DNA of 25,739 nt from a virus. Taxonomy: Duplodnaviria > Heunggongvirae > Uroviricota > Caudoviricetes. The stretch is taken from the IMG/VR virus record IMGVR_UViG_2675903417_000004, one strand, 5' to 3'. The translations under genes were made by a program, and so were the position numbers. Below the pieces are notes generated by a model. The model saw only the letters and a program-made list of their open reading frames with translations. It was not told the DNA's origin and did not search any database. Of this stretch, positions 1 to 8,975 are shown piece after piece (position 1 is the stretch's first letter; each line of letters begins with the position of its first letter).

Positions 1-64
1 AGTACCAGCGTACGGCCCACAGAATGATGTCACGCTGAAAATGCCGGCCTTTGAATGGGTTCAT
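1..64 (-). CDS. tnpA: IS26 transposase, N-terminal fragment (continues beyond window start)
   Basis: rc of 1-64 encodes MNPFKGRHFQRDIILWAVRWY..., the known N-terminus of Tnp26. Confidence 0.85.
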   Translation of the reverse strand, partial: MNPFKGRHFQRDIILWAVRWY

Positions 65-127
65 GTGCAGCTCCATCAGCAAAAGGGGATGATAAGTTTA
101 TCACCACCGACTATTTGCAACAGTGCC
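1..127 (-). mobile_element. IS26 (IS6 family), partial copy at window edge; terminal inverted repeat at 114-127, transposase reading leftward out of window
   Basis: Sequence 114-127 TTTGCAACAGTGCC is the reverse complement of the IS26 terminal IR GGCACTGTTGCAAA; positions 1-113 match the IS26 left end including the tnpA start (rc ATG at 62-64). Recognised from memory of IS26, not searched. Confidence 0.9.
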
Positions 128-414
128 AACTGAAGAATATCGCCTTCGATAGTCTCCACGCACTGGACCTGGATTTCCCCAGAGTTTCGAATTGGACCGT
201 GCTGGTTGAACTTCACACCATTCGGACCATAGTCCTCCACATCCTCGCGGGTCATTTCAGGAATTTGCGACGTGCGAACCAGTACGCTGATATCTTCATG
301 GCCTGCAAAAGTGAGCTGGAATTCAGAAGATACCAGTCGTTCGCCTTTGGCCGCGTTGGCAGTATAGCGGCCCTTAATAAATTTACGGTTTCCCTTAGTG
401 TTATTGTGCCCCAT
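128..414 (-). pseudogene. phage hypothetical protein gene, 3' end replaced by IS26 (the track ORF 76..414 takes its last 17 codons from IS26)
   Basis: ORF starts at ATG 414 with an AAGGA Shine-Dalgarno; the reading frame runs straight into the IS26 IR at 127. Confidence 0.5.
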
Positions 415-425
415 ATAAAATCCTT

Positions 426-1007
426 TTACTGGAACGCCCGAACAATATCGGAGCTGTTATATATCGAAGAACCGGTCAACTGGAGGTTGACGGTGTTTTT
501 CAGGAAATGTCCATTGCTGTCCCTGGGCGCATCGAGATCGAAACTTATGTCCTGGATAGCGACATCAATGATGTTGATCCGGCGACCAATGTTTAGCGTC
601 ACACGCTCCGGGATTCGACCACCAATACTGGCATCTTTAAGTTCCGGGCTAATCATCGCTGACAATGCGGCGATAGCTCCTGAAACCTCCGTGAATGGGT
701 CAAACAAAGCGATGAAAGTTACTGGCAGCGTGAAAGTCGGCGGTGTTCCCCCTTCCCAAACCATTAAGCTGTTCCAACGGGCAACCGACGTTGTTTCAGT
801 ACCAACCTGCGCAAAACCACTGAAGGCACCAGCAACAGATCCCATGGACATACCGGTAAACGGCGCTTCCCAATTCTGGGCCATGTTCATTGCCGCTCCC
901 TGGCTGATATATCCGGTAACCTGGTACTGAGAGTTCGTTAAAGTAACTTTCAGATATGGCGATACACCGTCAGCCTGGCTGTAAACCCCATAAGGAATAG
1001 GTGCCAT
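426..1007 (-). CDS. phage structural protein, possibly the tail tube protein (193 aa)
   Basis: Lies downstream of the putative sheath gene in the same operon; size fits the roughly 21 kDa P1 tube protein. Assignment rests on size and position only. Confidence 0.4.
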   Translation of the reverse strand: MAPIPYGVYSQADGVSPYLKVTLTNSQYQVTGYISQGAAMNMAQNWEAPFTGMSMGSVAGAFSGFAQVGTETTSVARWNSLMVWEGGTPPTFTLPVTFIALFDPFTEVSGAIAALSAMISPELKDASIGGRIPERVTLNIGRRINIIDVAIQDISFDLDAPRDSNGHFLKNTVNLQLTGSSIYNSSDIVRAFQ

Positions 1008-1042
1008 TCAAGTTAAAGGCCGGAGTTCTCCGGCCTCCTCCT

Positions 1043-1858
1043 TTAGCCAAGGCGCTTACGGCGCAGTTTCATTGACTTTTTGCGGGCAAGTTTTGCCGCG
1101 CCGGTCTGGGCTTTTCGACGCGCTTTTTTCAGCGCCGATTTTTGAGCCGCAGTCAGACGTTTTTTACGCAGGCGTTTACGGATGAGTTTGATCTCACCGT
1201 TACGAACAACCTTCTTAAATGCTTCAGTCAGCATTTCATCAGAAGTGCCAGCAACAACAAACGCCGCTTCCAGTTCGTCGCGGTCGTCGCTATCTAAACC
1301 AGCGATAGAGGCACCAACATCAGCAGCTGCGTCGTCGTCTTCATCGTCAGCCAGTGCTTCGATCAGGTCATCATCTACACCGCATGCTGCGAGGAAGTCA
1401 GCAACATTTGCCCATGCTTCGTTATAGGCATCGTCCTGTTCTTCTGTAACTTCGGAGTCGTCGTCATCAGAGATACCAGCGATAGCCTGAACGAAACCAT
1501 CAAGGGAGTCGAAAGTCAGATCACCGCTATCAGCCCAGGCGAAAACGGCGTCGGCCGCATCACTCAACGCATTTTGCATAGCACTTCGATTTGCAGCTTC
1601 CAGAATCATCTGGTGCGCCTGTTCGACGGTCCATTCTTTACCGTCTTTCCCTTCCAGGATTTGCTCAGGAGCCTGGGCAGATGGAACGTTATCGTTAGTC
1701 TGTGCCGCCGGTTCCGGATTATTATTAATAATCGGATCTGTTGGCGGTTCAGCGCTTGCTCGGGCAGACTCCATCAGCTGCACAGGATCAGAGTTCAAAG
1801 CGAAACGAGACAGTCCATTCCCCAAAAATGCCCCGGATTGAAAAAAGTTTTTGCTCAT
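1043..1858 (-). CDS. highly acidic protein with a polybasic Lys/Arg-rich C-terminal tail (271 aa), function unknown
   Basis: ATG at 1858 preceded by AAGGGA; D/E-rich body; last ~50 aa KLIRKRLRKKRLTAAQKSALKKARRKAQTGAAKLARKKSMKLRRKRLG. Confidence 0.55.
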   Translation of the reverse strand: MSKNFFQSGAFLGNGLSRFALNSDPVQLMESARASAEPPTDPIINNNPEPAAQTNDNVPSAQAPEQILEGKDGKEWTVEQAHQMILEAANRSAMQNALSDAADAVFAWADSGDLTFDSLDGFVQAIAGISDDDDSEVTEEQDDAYNEAWANVADFLAACGVDDDLIEALADDEDDDAAADVGASIAGLDSDDRDELEAAFVVAGTSDEMLTEAFKKVVRNGEIKLIRKRLRKKRLTAAQKSALKKARRKAQTGAAKLARKKSMKLRRKRLG

Positions 1859-1867
1859 TGTATTCCC

Positions 1868-3457
1868 TTACTTAATAAGCAGCGGTACGCCCTGGATACG
1901 ACGGGCTACGCCAGTCGGGCAGCAGGCCCAGACTACTTCCCATTTATCGAATTCCGCCTGCGTAACTTTCAGCACATACGGTTCTGTACCGTCAGCATCA
2001 GGATCACGAGGAGCCACCAGAGCGCCGGAGGCGACAAAGCGATCTAAAAGTTTGGTCATCCCTTTAGTCAGGCCAGCCGCAGTAATACCGTCCGGGCTAT
2101 GCTTCATCTGTCGGGCTAACTGGACAAAGAAACGGCTGATTGCATTCATCAGGGATGGGACGTGCTGGAAGTGCAGATAGTTATCCTGCGTGCAGCAAGT
2201 TAAAGCATCGTCGATGATCATCTGGCCAGAGGTGCCAACAGATACTTTATTGAGACGGCCCTTGACCATTGCTTCTTCGTCCGGGGTATCTTCCGGATAC
2301 AGCGGTTGAATTGACGCACGAGCAATGACGGCACGTTCTTCACCAGCCGGTGAGTAATGCCAACCGCCGACATCAGAGTTTTTCTTGACGCCACGAGCTT
2401 TCGCCGCATACGCCACGCCAGACAGACCAAAGACCACACGGGATTGGGTCCATTTGTCTTTGCAGGAGAACGGGTAGTGATAGACAGCACAGCTTACATA
2501 ATCGGTACCAAGTAAACCGGTATCTTCAACAGCAGAGATCGCTTCCGTGTACGTCAATGTCGGTTTGACATCAAAGAAGCCATCAATCAGGCGATCTGCA
2601 CAGATTTTACCTAATGCGGTGATAGCCGCATTGTCATAGCAGCCCAGGCCAAGAACAGCGGTGTACATGTACGGCGCATTATTCAGCACTTTAACCGCAC
2701 GCAGGTACGCAGCGGTTGAGATTTTCGACTGATCGCCGTTGGTACCGCCAGTGAACGCCAACGATTTTTTGTTTGTTACTTTCGCTGTCGAAATCAGCTC
2801 TTCATTAACAACCGCGCGCAGATATTTAGAACGGGCTTCCAGAGCCGTAGGCAGATAACACAAGCGGCCCATGTCATCTTTCGCTTCTTCCGCCAAAGAC
2901 ACAGTGTGTGTCTCCAGGGTCGTTACCACGCCGAGCGAAGTCGTCTGGGTCAGTTTTAAGAGGAAGCGTTCATTACCCGCGCTGTCCGCTGTTGCCGTTT
3001 CGATGGTTAACTCACGGGTAGGTGAAATACACGGATCACCATCATCAACGTAGATAGCAAAGGCTTCGCCACTATCAAGTTCAATTTCAGAACCGTATGG
3101 CAACGCACTGTAAGCCGGTTCGCCTGATTCATCGAACATAATAATCGGGAACTTCGCATCATCCGGAACAGCGCGAACAACATAACCAGACGTTTGCTGA
3201 ATAGCTTCGTATACATGGCGAATTGGTTCGAACTGTGAGCCGGAAGACGGCTTCAGCGGTTCGCCGAGAACATCTTCGTAATTGGACTCAGTAACCGCAA
3301 GAACAGTAAACGGCTTGCCACGCGCAAATACGCCAATACCAGCCCATAAGCTGCTATTTAATGCAACACCGGTAGATAACGTCGCATCGGCATTGATCGG
3401 GCTAACCGCGACGCCGGATGCATTACCTAATGACTGTTGAATTGAATATTGAGACAT
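1868..3457 (-). CDS. putative contractile-tail sheath protein (529 aa)
   Basis: Large structural ORF with AGGGAA Shine-Dalgarno, in an operon with the tube candidate; weak resemblance to myovirus sheath proteins. Not verified. Confidence 0.4.
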   Translation of the reverse strand: MSQYSIQQSLGNASGVAVSPINADATLSTGVALNSSLWAGIGVFARGKPFTVLAVTESNYEDVLGEPLKPSSGSQFEPIRHVYEAIQQTSGYVVRAVPDDAKFPIIMFDESGEPAYSALPYGSEIELDSGEAFAIYVDDGDPCISPTRELTIETATADSAGNERFLLKLTQTTSLGVVTTLETHTVSLAEEAKDDMGRLCYLPTALEARSKYLRAVVNEELISTAKVTNKKSLAFTGGTNGDQSKISTAAYLRAVKVLNNAPYMYTAVLGLGCYDNAAITALGKICADRLIDGFFDVKPTLTYTEAISAVEDTGLLGTDYVSCAVYHYPFSCKDKWTQSRVVFGLSGVAYAAKARGVKKNSDVGGWHYSPAGEERAVIARASIQPLYPEDTPDEEAMVKGRLNKVSVGTSGQMIIDDALTCCTQDNYLHFQHVPSLMNAISRFFVQLARQMKHSPDGITAAGLTKGMTKLLDRFVASGALVAPRDPDADGTEPYVLKVTQAEFDKWEVVWACCPTGVARRIQGVPLLIK

Positions 3458-3517
3458 AACTTTCCCTGTTATGCGCCCCGCACGGGGGCGCTATGTTAAA
3501 CGGAGAACTTCCCCTGA

Positions 3518-5245
3518 TTACTCAGAGTCACCGGCATCAATCGTGTCGCCGCTAATGAAGTTAAGCCCGCCTTTTTTGGCCATTGTCAGCGTTACACGAG
3601 TGAAGTAATCAGCGCCGTTGCGTGGGTGCATATCGTTGATAGCCGAACCCCACAGCGTGGTACGGTTGACCAGCGCCGGAGTGGTCGGATGCTGGAACGG
3701 GATGGCCGGGACAGCATCACCAGTCACGAAGCCTGCTTTACCCGGATTTTCATCACGGACGTAGCACAGCACATCCATCGAGCTGAACTGAATGTTCTCT
3801 GTCGTTAAGTTCTTACAAATACCAGCAGGTACTTCGTACACTTTCACGTTACCGAACAGGGTACCGATGTAGTGAACATACGGAGTCTGGATATAGTCTT
3901 CGGCTGGCTGGAAGAAATCCTTCGGCAACTGTTTGAAGAAAGATGCTGCATCAGCACCAGCAAACATCCCCATCGCACCAGAAGATTTAACGCGCTCAAT
4001 AATGTCGCGATATACAGTCTGGAATTTGCCACGAATGATGGTTGCCCATACATCAAAGGACTGGTTAACCGGCAGAGCGATGTCAAAGGTGTCGGTCGCA
4101 AGAGTACGCCAGATCATGATGCGAAGACGCAGCATATCCTGTTCATGAGACAGGTATTCCTTCAGGGTGCGGAACTGTAGGGAACCCAGGTCCAGACCAA
4201 ATTCACGCTGTGCTTCATACGCCGCCTGTACCGTGTGCTCAGCCGCGATAACGAACTGGCTTGGGAACAGGGTGTATTTCTTCATTTCGTGGTTGATCAG
4301 CGGGATCAGCTCAGGAGCGGCTTCAATATTGATTTCCGTCTCAATTGCGATCTCAGTGCCTTTATCCGGCGCTTTGGAGAACGACAGGGCAATCTGACCA
4401 ATGTTGTAGTTCAGAGAGCAGGTAACAGTGATTTGCTCACCAGCAGCATTAGTAAACGAGTGAAGTAGGCTGCCGGAACCGTTATCAACAACAGACTTAA
4501 TACGGTTAACGTAGATATTAGTGCGACCTTTTCGGATTGGTACATTCTGGCCTTCGAAGTCTTCCATCTTGAAGGTTGCGGTTTTGCTGGTGCCATCGGA
4601 GCTTGCCACCAGCACATAGCGGCGGCGTAACTGGCTGTACACACCGACGGATTGCATGTCCAGAACATCACCAGCAGCATAAGAACCAAAAGAGGAACCT
4701 GCCACGTTAAAGACTTCATAGATGTCGGACTGGTCACGCGTAACCGGAATGAAGGTACACGCATCAGCGGTAGCTGCCCCCAACTGAACAGGCAGGATCA
4801 TCGCGAGGAATAAAGGCAGACGCATAACACCGTCAGAAACGCTCATCATCTCTGCTGCGACGGATTCCAGCATCGCTTTATTAGTGGCATCCATGCTATT
4901 GCGGGTGGACTCAATCAGGCAGTTTTCCAGCGTCTGGTGGCAGGAGGCCAGAATTTCCGGACGCGGCATAGATTTATGTGCTGCGGCGTAGTCAGCCAGT
5001 GCACTTGCCCACGCTGTAGCGATTTGAGCGGTGGCATTATCAGAGATACCCGCAAAAACCGGGTCTTTACGTGCAGCTTCAAGGATAGATGCGGCACGCG
5101 CGGCATCATCTTTAATGAATTGGTTATCAGTACCGAACTGCGCAGTGCTTGCCCAGCCAAGCACAGCTTTAGAGCGTTTTGCGATATCTGCAATACGATT
5201 CTGGTATTCGCGTAAGTTACTCAATTTACTCTTCCTTAAACACAA
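3518..5245 (-). CDS. putative major head protein precursor (575 aa by longest ORF; TTG start at 5245, alternative TTG at 5224 with a better Shine-Dalgarno)
   Basis: About 63 kDa ORF immediately downstream of parS, as recalled for P1 gene 23 (62 kDa precursor); no ATG near the 5' end, so the start is uncertain. Confidence 0.4.
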   Translation of the reverse strand: MCLRKSKLSNLREYQNRIADIAKRSKAVLGWASTAQFGTDNQFIKDDAARAASILEAARKDPVFAGISDNATAQIATAWASALADYAAAHKSMPRPEILASCHQTLENCLIESTRNSMDATNKAMLESVAAEMMSVSDGVMRLPLFLAMILPVQLGAATADACTFIPVTRDQSDIYEVFNVAGSSFGSYAAGDVLDMQSVGVYSQLRRRYVLVASSDGTSKTATFKMEDFEGQNVPIRKGRTNIYVNRIKSVVDNGSGSLLHSFTNAAGEQITVTCSLNYNIGQIALSFSKAPDKGTEIAIETEINIEAAPELIPLINHEMKKYTLFPSQFVIAAEHTVQAAYEAQREFGLDLGSLQFRTLKEYLSHEQDMLRLRIMIWRTLATDTFDIALPVNQSFDVWATIIRGKFQTVYRDIIERVKSSGAMGMFAGADAASFFKQLPKDFFQPAEDYIQTPYVHYIGTLFGNVKVYEVPAGICKNLTTENIQFSSMDVLCYVRDENPGKAGFVTGDAVPAIPFQHPTTPALVNRTTLWGSAINDMHPRNGADYFTRVTLTMAKKGGLNFISGDTIDAGDSE

Positions 5246-5275
5246 GGCACTTGTGTGAATCCCTTTTCGGAAGAG

Positions 5276-5302
5276 ATTTTATTGAAAGTCACTTGTTGAC
5301 TT
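5276..5302 (-). promoter_or_regulatory. candidate P1-type late promoter for the head/tail operon: -10 TAAAAT (rc of 5276-5281) with an AAGTGACTT element 4 nt upstream
   Basis: Same arrangement (9-mer containing TGACT, 4 nt, TAAAAT, about 30 nt to the start codon) recurs at 24899-24917 upstream of the baseplate cluster. Confidence 0.35.
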
Positions 5303-5395
5303 TCTCGCTAAAAGTAATTTTTTAAATTTTTTGTGCGGGGGAGGGGGGCAAGTAAAACAGGCGTGAAATCGTGGGAATTTCAGTCTGAAATTTTC
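5295..5395 (-). promoter_or_regulatory. parS: parS-like partition site downstream of parB
   Basis: Heptamers of ATTTCAC/ATTTCAA type (GTGAAAT 5362-5368, AATTTCA 5376-5382, TGAAATT 5386-5392) and hexamers TCGCTA (5305-5310) and TCGTGG (5369-5374) flanking an AT-rich centre; resembles P1 parS boxA/boxB layout with variant boxB. Confidence 0.5.
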
Positions 5396-5490
5396 CATGA
5401 ATATCTATATATATCATATATTTATACATGAAATAGGCGCGGGACATTTTAGACAGGGGAGGGGGCTAAAGCCGCCTCCCACCAGCGGGA

Positions 5491-6456
5491 TTATTCCCCA
5501 GCAGACATTTTCCCAATGATTTTTTTTATTGCTTCGTCAATTTCAGTTTGCACTTCAGACGGGAGTCTGGAGAACTCGTAGGCGACAACCCGTTTTTTCG
5601 GATCGGACTTCTTTCGGGCATATTGGCGACGGTCAGAGAAGTCTCGCAGCTTCTCAACCACCACAGATTTAACCGGCGCGGGCTTCAGGCTTTTGCTTTC
5701 CGCTTTGAAGATAGCCAGTATCTTCGCTTTATCCTCTTTCGCGCCCTCAGTCTCTGCAATTCGTTCGCGCACCGTATCAACCAGCTCTTCAATCGGCACG
5801 CTTTTAGCGTTAGCATCCTCGGCGATCTGGAGCAGTAACTGGTAATCTGGAAGGGCGAGATCGCTGGCTACGGGGAAGACAGCAATCATCTCATCCGGCA
5901 CCGCGGCAGCCTGGAAAGCTCGCGTCACTTTTGCCTTTGAGATGTTCTCAGCTCGGGCGATCTCTTCTTTGGTCATATTCTTACCGTACATAACCTCGAA
6001 GCGTTTACCCAGCTCGCGCAGAGTGTGTTCGCGGGCTGTCTGGATATCAATGGCCAGCTGGCGGGCATCCGCCAGGCTGATCTCATCTTTCGTCACCAGA
6101 ATCTCAAATTTCGTTTCATTGAAGATACACGCAGCGCGGCGACGCGATCCGTCCAATACCTCAATGCGCTCCCCAACCATACGACCGATAGCCGGGAAGA
6201 ACTGTTGCAATTTAATGGTGCGGGAAATATCGCTTACCGACTCAGGGGTGAGCAGAGACTGATCGCGGCCGTTAACTGCCGGGTCAACGAACGTGCGCGA
6301 CTCAATCTCACCACTCAGCACGACGGTAAGCAAGAATTTAGCCTGGCGGCCAGATTTTAGGGTAAAGGTTTTGGTGCCTTCACTGCCTTCAAGCATGCGA
6401 GCAAACTCGGAGCTATTCTTGCCCAGCACTCGTCCACGGGAAACTATTTTTTTCAT
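5491..6456 (-). CDS. parB: ParB partition protein (P1 family, 321 aa)
   Basis: Motifs GRDQ..LTP, ILDGSRRRA, AKVTRA and YEF..RL shared with P1 ParB; start overlaps the parA stop (ATGA). Confidence 0.9.
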   Translation of the reverse strand: MKKIVSRGRVLGKNSSEFARMLEGSEGTKTFTLKSGRQAKFLLTVVLSGEIESRTFVDPAVNGRDQSLLTPESVSDISRTIKLQQFFPAIGRMVGERIEVLDGSRRRAACIFNETKFEILVTKDEISLADARQLAIDIQTAREHTLRELGKRFEVMYGKNMTKEEIARAENISKAKVTRAFQAAAVPDEMIAVFPVASDLALPDYQLLLQIAEDANAKSVPIEELVDTVRERIAETEGAKEDKAKILAIFKAESKSLKPAPVKSVVVEKLRDFSDRRQYARKKSDPKKRVVAYEFSRLPSEVQTEIDEAIKKIIGKMSAGE

Positions 6457-7664
6457 GCCGCCTCACCCCTAACAAACTCAATTCGATCAAACACAGCCTT
6501 AGTGAAACGCTCGGCCTCGGTTCGTGCCTTCTTCAGCGCCTCTGCACTGCCTGGATACGATTGCGGGTTGGCACTGATTACGGTGTCGAAAGACTCGCCG
6601 CATCGCTCAAAGCCATCCAGACGAGGCAGAGAAGAGTCCAGAATGTTGCTGGCGTAAACCTCACGCGCAAGGCTGTGTGATGTCTCATGATCGCGCTTGC
6701 CGGTCATCTTCGACATAAAACCAATGCTGGCGCTTAAACGCGGTTCTACGCCTTCCTCCTCCAGTTGCTCCAGCATTTCTGGCAGACGGGTGAGATATTT
6801 CAGTGTTGAGTGGAAGTCAACCTGGGCTGGTGGGGTAGGGGTAAGCAGCAAATCGCTGGCCGCCAGACCGTTGAGCAGGAACGGATCCAGGTGTGGACCG
6901 GTATCAATAAAGATAAAGTCATAATCATCCGCAACACGATCAATGATATTGCGTCGAAGGATTTCGTACTGATTTTGTCCGGGAAGATGCTCTTCAACCA
7001 GCTCTTTCCATTGGCTGGCAACAAAGCCATCGTCGATAGAGGCTGGAATCACGTCTACGCCAGGAACGATGGTCGGACGAATCACCTCTTTGCGTAGCGT
7101 CTCCGCGTCCAGGTCGTTCAGCATCGCCTGCGCGGCGGTTTCCAGGATGGAACCAATACTGTGAGTATGGTCGAGGAACATTGTGCTGGATGCCTGAGGG
7201 TCAAGGTCAATTACCAGAATGCGCAGATCGTGACGCAGTAAATCCTGATGCACACGCAGAGCGTGCGCCAACGTGACTGTGGAAACCGTTTTGGATACGC
7301 CACCCTTCAGGTTTACGACAAAAATAACGTAAGGCGATTTGTGAATGTCGCGATATTTGGGGATCTTACGGTGGGCATAGATATCAATGACGTTCTGGAT
7401 GGTCAGCGCGTACTGTTCAACGTTACCGACCTGTTTCTTGTTGAACTGGTACCCATCATCTTCCATCTCTTTGATGGCCTGCTCCACAATGCGGCGGCTC
7501 AGCTTCGGCAACTTTGCCACAGCGTTACGAGTGAACGTCTGATAATACTCGGTCTGATTGAACTCTTTGCGCTGATCTTCAATATCCTGACTCATGGCCT
7601 TAAGTAATGCGCTTGCACGAAGAGCTATGGTGCCGACACCGCCGTAATCGCGTTTCATCATCAT
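6453..7664 (-). CDS. parA: ParA partition ATPase (type Ia, 403 aa; three consecutive ATGs at 7664/7661/7658)
   Basis: Walker A NLKGGVSKT, LDPQ, and the C-terminal LPRLDGFERCGESFDTVISANP...AKAVFDRIEF block closely resembling P1 ParA. Confidence 0.9.
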   Translation of the reverse strand: MMMKRDYGGVGTIALRASALLKAMSQDIEDQRKEFNQTEYYQTFTRNAVAKLPKLSRRIVEQAIKEMEDDGYQFNKKQVGNVEQYALTIQNVIDIYAHRKIPKYRDIHKSPYVIFVVNLKGGVSKTVSTVTLAHALRVHQDLLRHDLRILVIDLDPQASSTMFLDHTHSIGSILETAAQAMLNDLDAETLRKEVIRPTIVPGVDVIPASIDDGFVASQWKELVEEHLPGQNQYEILRRNIIDRVADDYDFIFIDTGPHLDPFLLNGLAASDLLLTPTPPAQVDFHSTLKYLTRLPEMLEQLEEEGVEPRLSASIGFMSKMTGKRDHETSHSLAREVYASNILDSSLPRLDGFERCGESFDTVISANPQSYPGSAEALKKARTEAERFTKAVFDRIEFVRGEAA

Positions 7665-7708
7665 CTCCTTATCATTTCGTATGAGTGAATTGTACGTTTG
7701 ATTCTGCT

Positions 7709-7749
7709 ACGTGCAACTTTTTTTGATTCGTGCGTCAATTATTGCACGT
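7709..7749. promoter_or_regulatory. candidate par operator: 8-bp perfect inverted repeat ACGTGCAA / TTGCACGT
   Basis: Arms at 7709-7716 and 7742-7749, 45-85 nt upstream of parA. Confidence 0.4.
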
Positions 7750-7773
7750 AAAGAAATGGCGATGAGGCTATTA

Positions 7774-8060
7774 GATGTGTGCTGGAGGGATGATGCAGGA
7801 CCAGAATGTGCGATAGAGGGAAGTCGCATTGAATTATGTGTTGTGGAGGGATCGCTTGTATCAAATATGTGTGCTGGAGGGAAAGACAGAGAATTACATG
7901 TGCACTGGAGGGAAAAACGGATGGACAGATGTGTGCTGGAGGGAAAGTCTGAGCAAACTGCGGGGCGTCCCCCTCCAGCGCACATCAAAAACGGGAAATT
8001 GGACAAGCCTTCCCGGCAGCACACATTTTTTGAATGCAGCTGCCCTCCAGCACACACTTA
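7774..8060. repeat. incA-type iteron array: nine 19-bp RepA-binding repeats (six in one orientation, three inverted)
   Basis: GATGTGTGCTGGAGGGA-type repeats starting near 7774, 7806, 7834, 7865, 7898, 7928 and inverted copies near 7968, 8010, 8042. Confidence 0.85.
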
Positions 8061-8918
8061 TTCGGGGAGTTTCAGCTTTGGATTGCGAGAATGGACGATT
8101 ACAAAACTTTCCCGGCCTTTCTTCTCAATTGAACAGTCGAGATAGCCGATTGTTTTAAGCTGTTCTATCGCTTTCTTAATGATACGGTTTTGCTCGCCAA
8201 CAGCTGACTGCAAAGCCAGGCGCTCACGGATTCGGGCGAAAGATAGCGGCAACGGATTCTGCGGAAGGCTTTCGATGAAAGTGTAAATGGCTTGTGCAGC
8301 TTCTTTCTTCGGAAGGGCACGCAAGGCGTGGTGTTGCAACAGAACGCGATAATCAAGCTGGAACAGCTCCCACAGCTTCGAATCAGCCTCCAGCTCTATC
8401 AGATCAAGGTCAGCATCAAAACGACCGACCTTTAGCAGACCAGTCTGATAGCCGCCTTTAGCATCTTTTCCGCGCTTAAAAGCGATACCCTTGTTACGTA
8501 AGCGTCCAAGTGATTCATGAATGGTTAAACGCAGTTTCGCATCCAGACGTTTTGAGGGGAAACCACAGGCTTTAGCGAATTCCTGAAACGATAACTGGAT
8601 GGTGTTCGAGGACAAGCCGTATTTGCTGAACGCGTAGATGACACCGATCCACGTTTTGAAATCAGTATCCATATCGAGTCGAGGACCGGTGATTTTAATA
8701 TCATCGTAACCCTCGGCTTTAGCTATCTCCAGCTGGGAAAACGCTTTGGTGGCATCAATCTCTTTACTTTCTCCTTTGCTCTTTGATGGCTTCGGCACGA
8801 ATACCCCCAAGCGCATCAACGCTACAGGCTGCACAGTGTTGTTTGAATTAACTGTTAGTTCTTTTGCCTTACTTTCAATGTCTGCGTAAAGAATATCGGA
8901 TATAAATGATTGATTCAT
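8058..8918 (-). CDS. repA: RepA plasmid replication initiator (286 aa)
   Basis: Flanked by iteron arrays on both sides; sequence MNQSFISDILYADIESKAKELTVNSNN... matches P1 RepA as I remember it. Confidence 0.95.
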   Translation of the reverse strand: MNQSFISDILYADIESKAKELTVNSNNTVQPVALMRLGVFVPKPSKSKGESKEIDATKAFSQLEIAKAEGYDDIKITGPRLDMDTDFKTWIGVIYAFSKYGLSSNTIQLSFQEFAKACGFPSKRLDAKLRLTIHESLGRLRNKGIAFKRGKDAKGGYQTGLLKVGRFDADLDLIELEADSKLWELFQLDYRVLLQHHALRALPKKEAAQAIYTFIESLPQNPLPLSFARIRERLALQSAVGEQNRIIKKAIEQLKTIGYLDCSIEKKGRESFVIVHSRNPKLKLPE

Positions 8919-8975
8919 ATTACTTTTTCCGAATTGTGTAGATAGTTTTTATAAGTGGTGATAACTACCCAGGCT

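Noticed and set aside
76-414. Full-length 112-aa ORF 76..414 as an intact gene
   Set aside because: Codons encoded by 76-127 are IS26 terminal sequence; the ORF is a fusion created by the insertion, so only 128-414 is native.
1182-1427. Ser/Ala-rich ORF 1182..1427 (+) antisense to the acidic protein gene
   Set aside because: Low-complexity mirror image of the opposite-strand coding sequence, with no ribosome-binding site.
3473-3491. GC-rich palindrome GCGCCCC-GCACG-GGGGCGC between the head and sheath genes as a terminator
   Set aside because: Not followed by a T-run on the transcribed (minus) strand; more likely an mRNA structural or processing element, and too uncertain to list as a feature.
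4167-5258. Plus-strand ORFs antisense to the putative head gene (for example 4937..5215, 5031..5258)
   Set aside because: They are fully contained within a 575-codon open frame on the opposite strand that has operon context and a ribosome-binding site.
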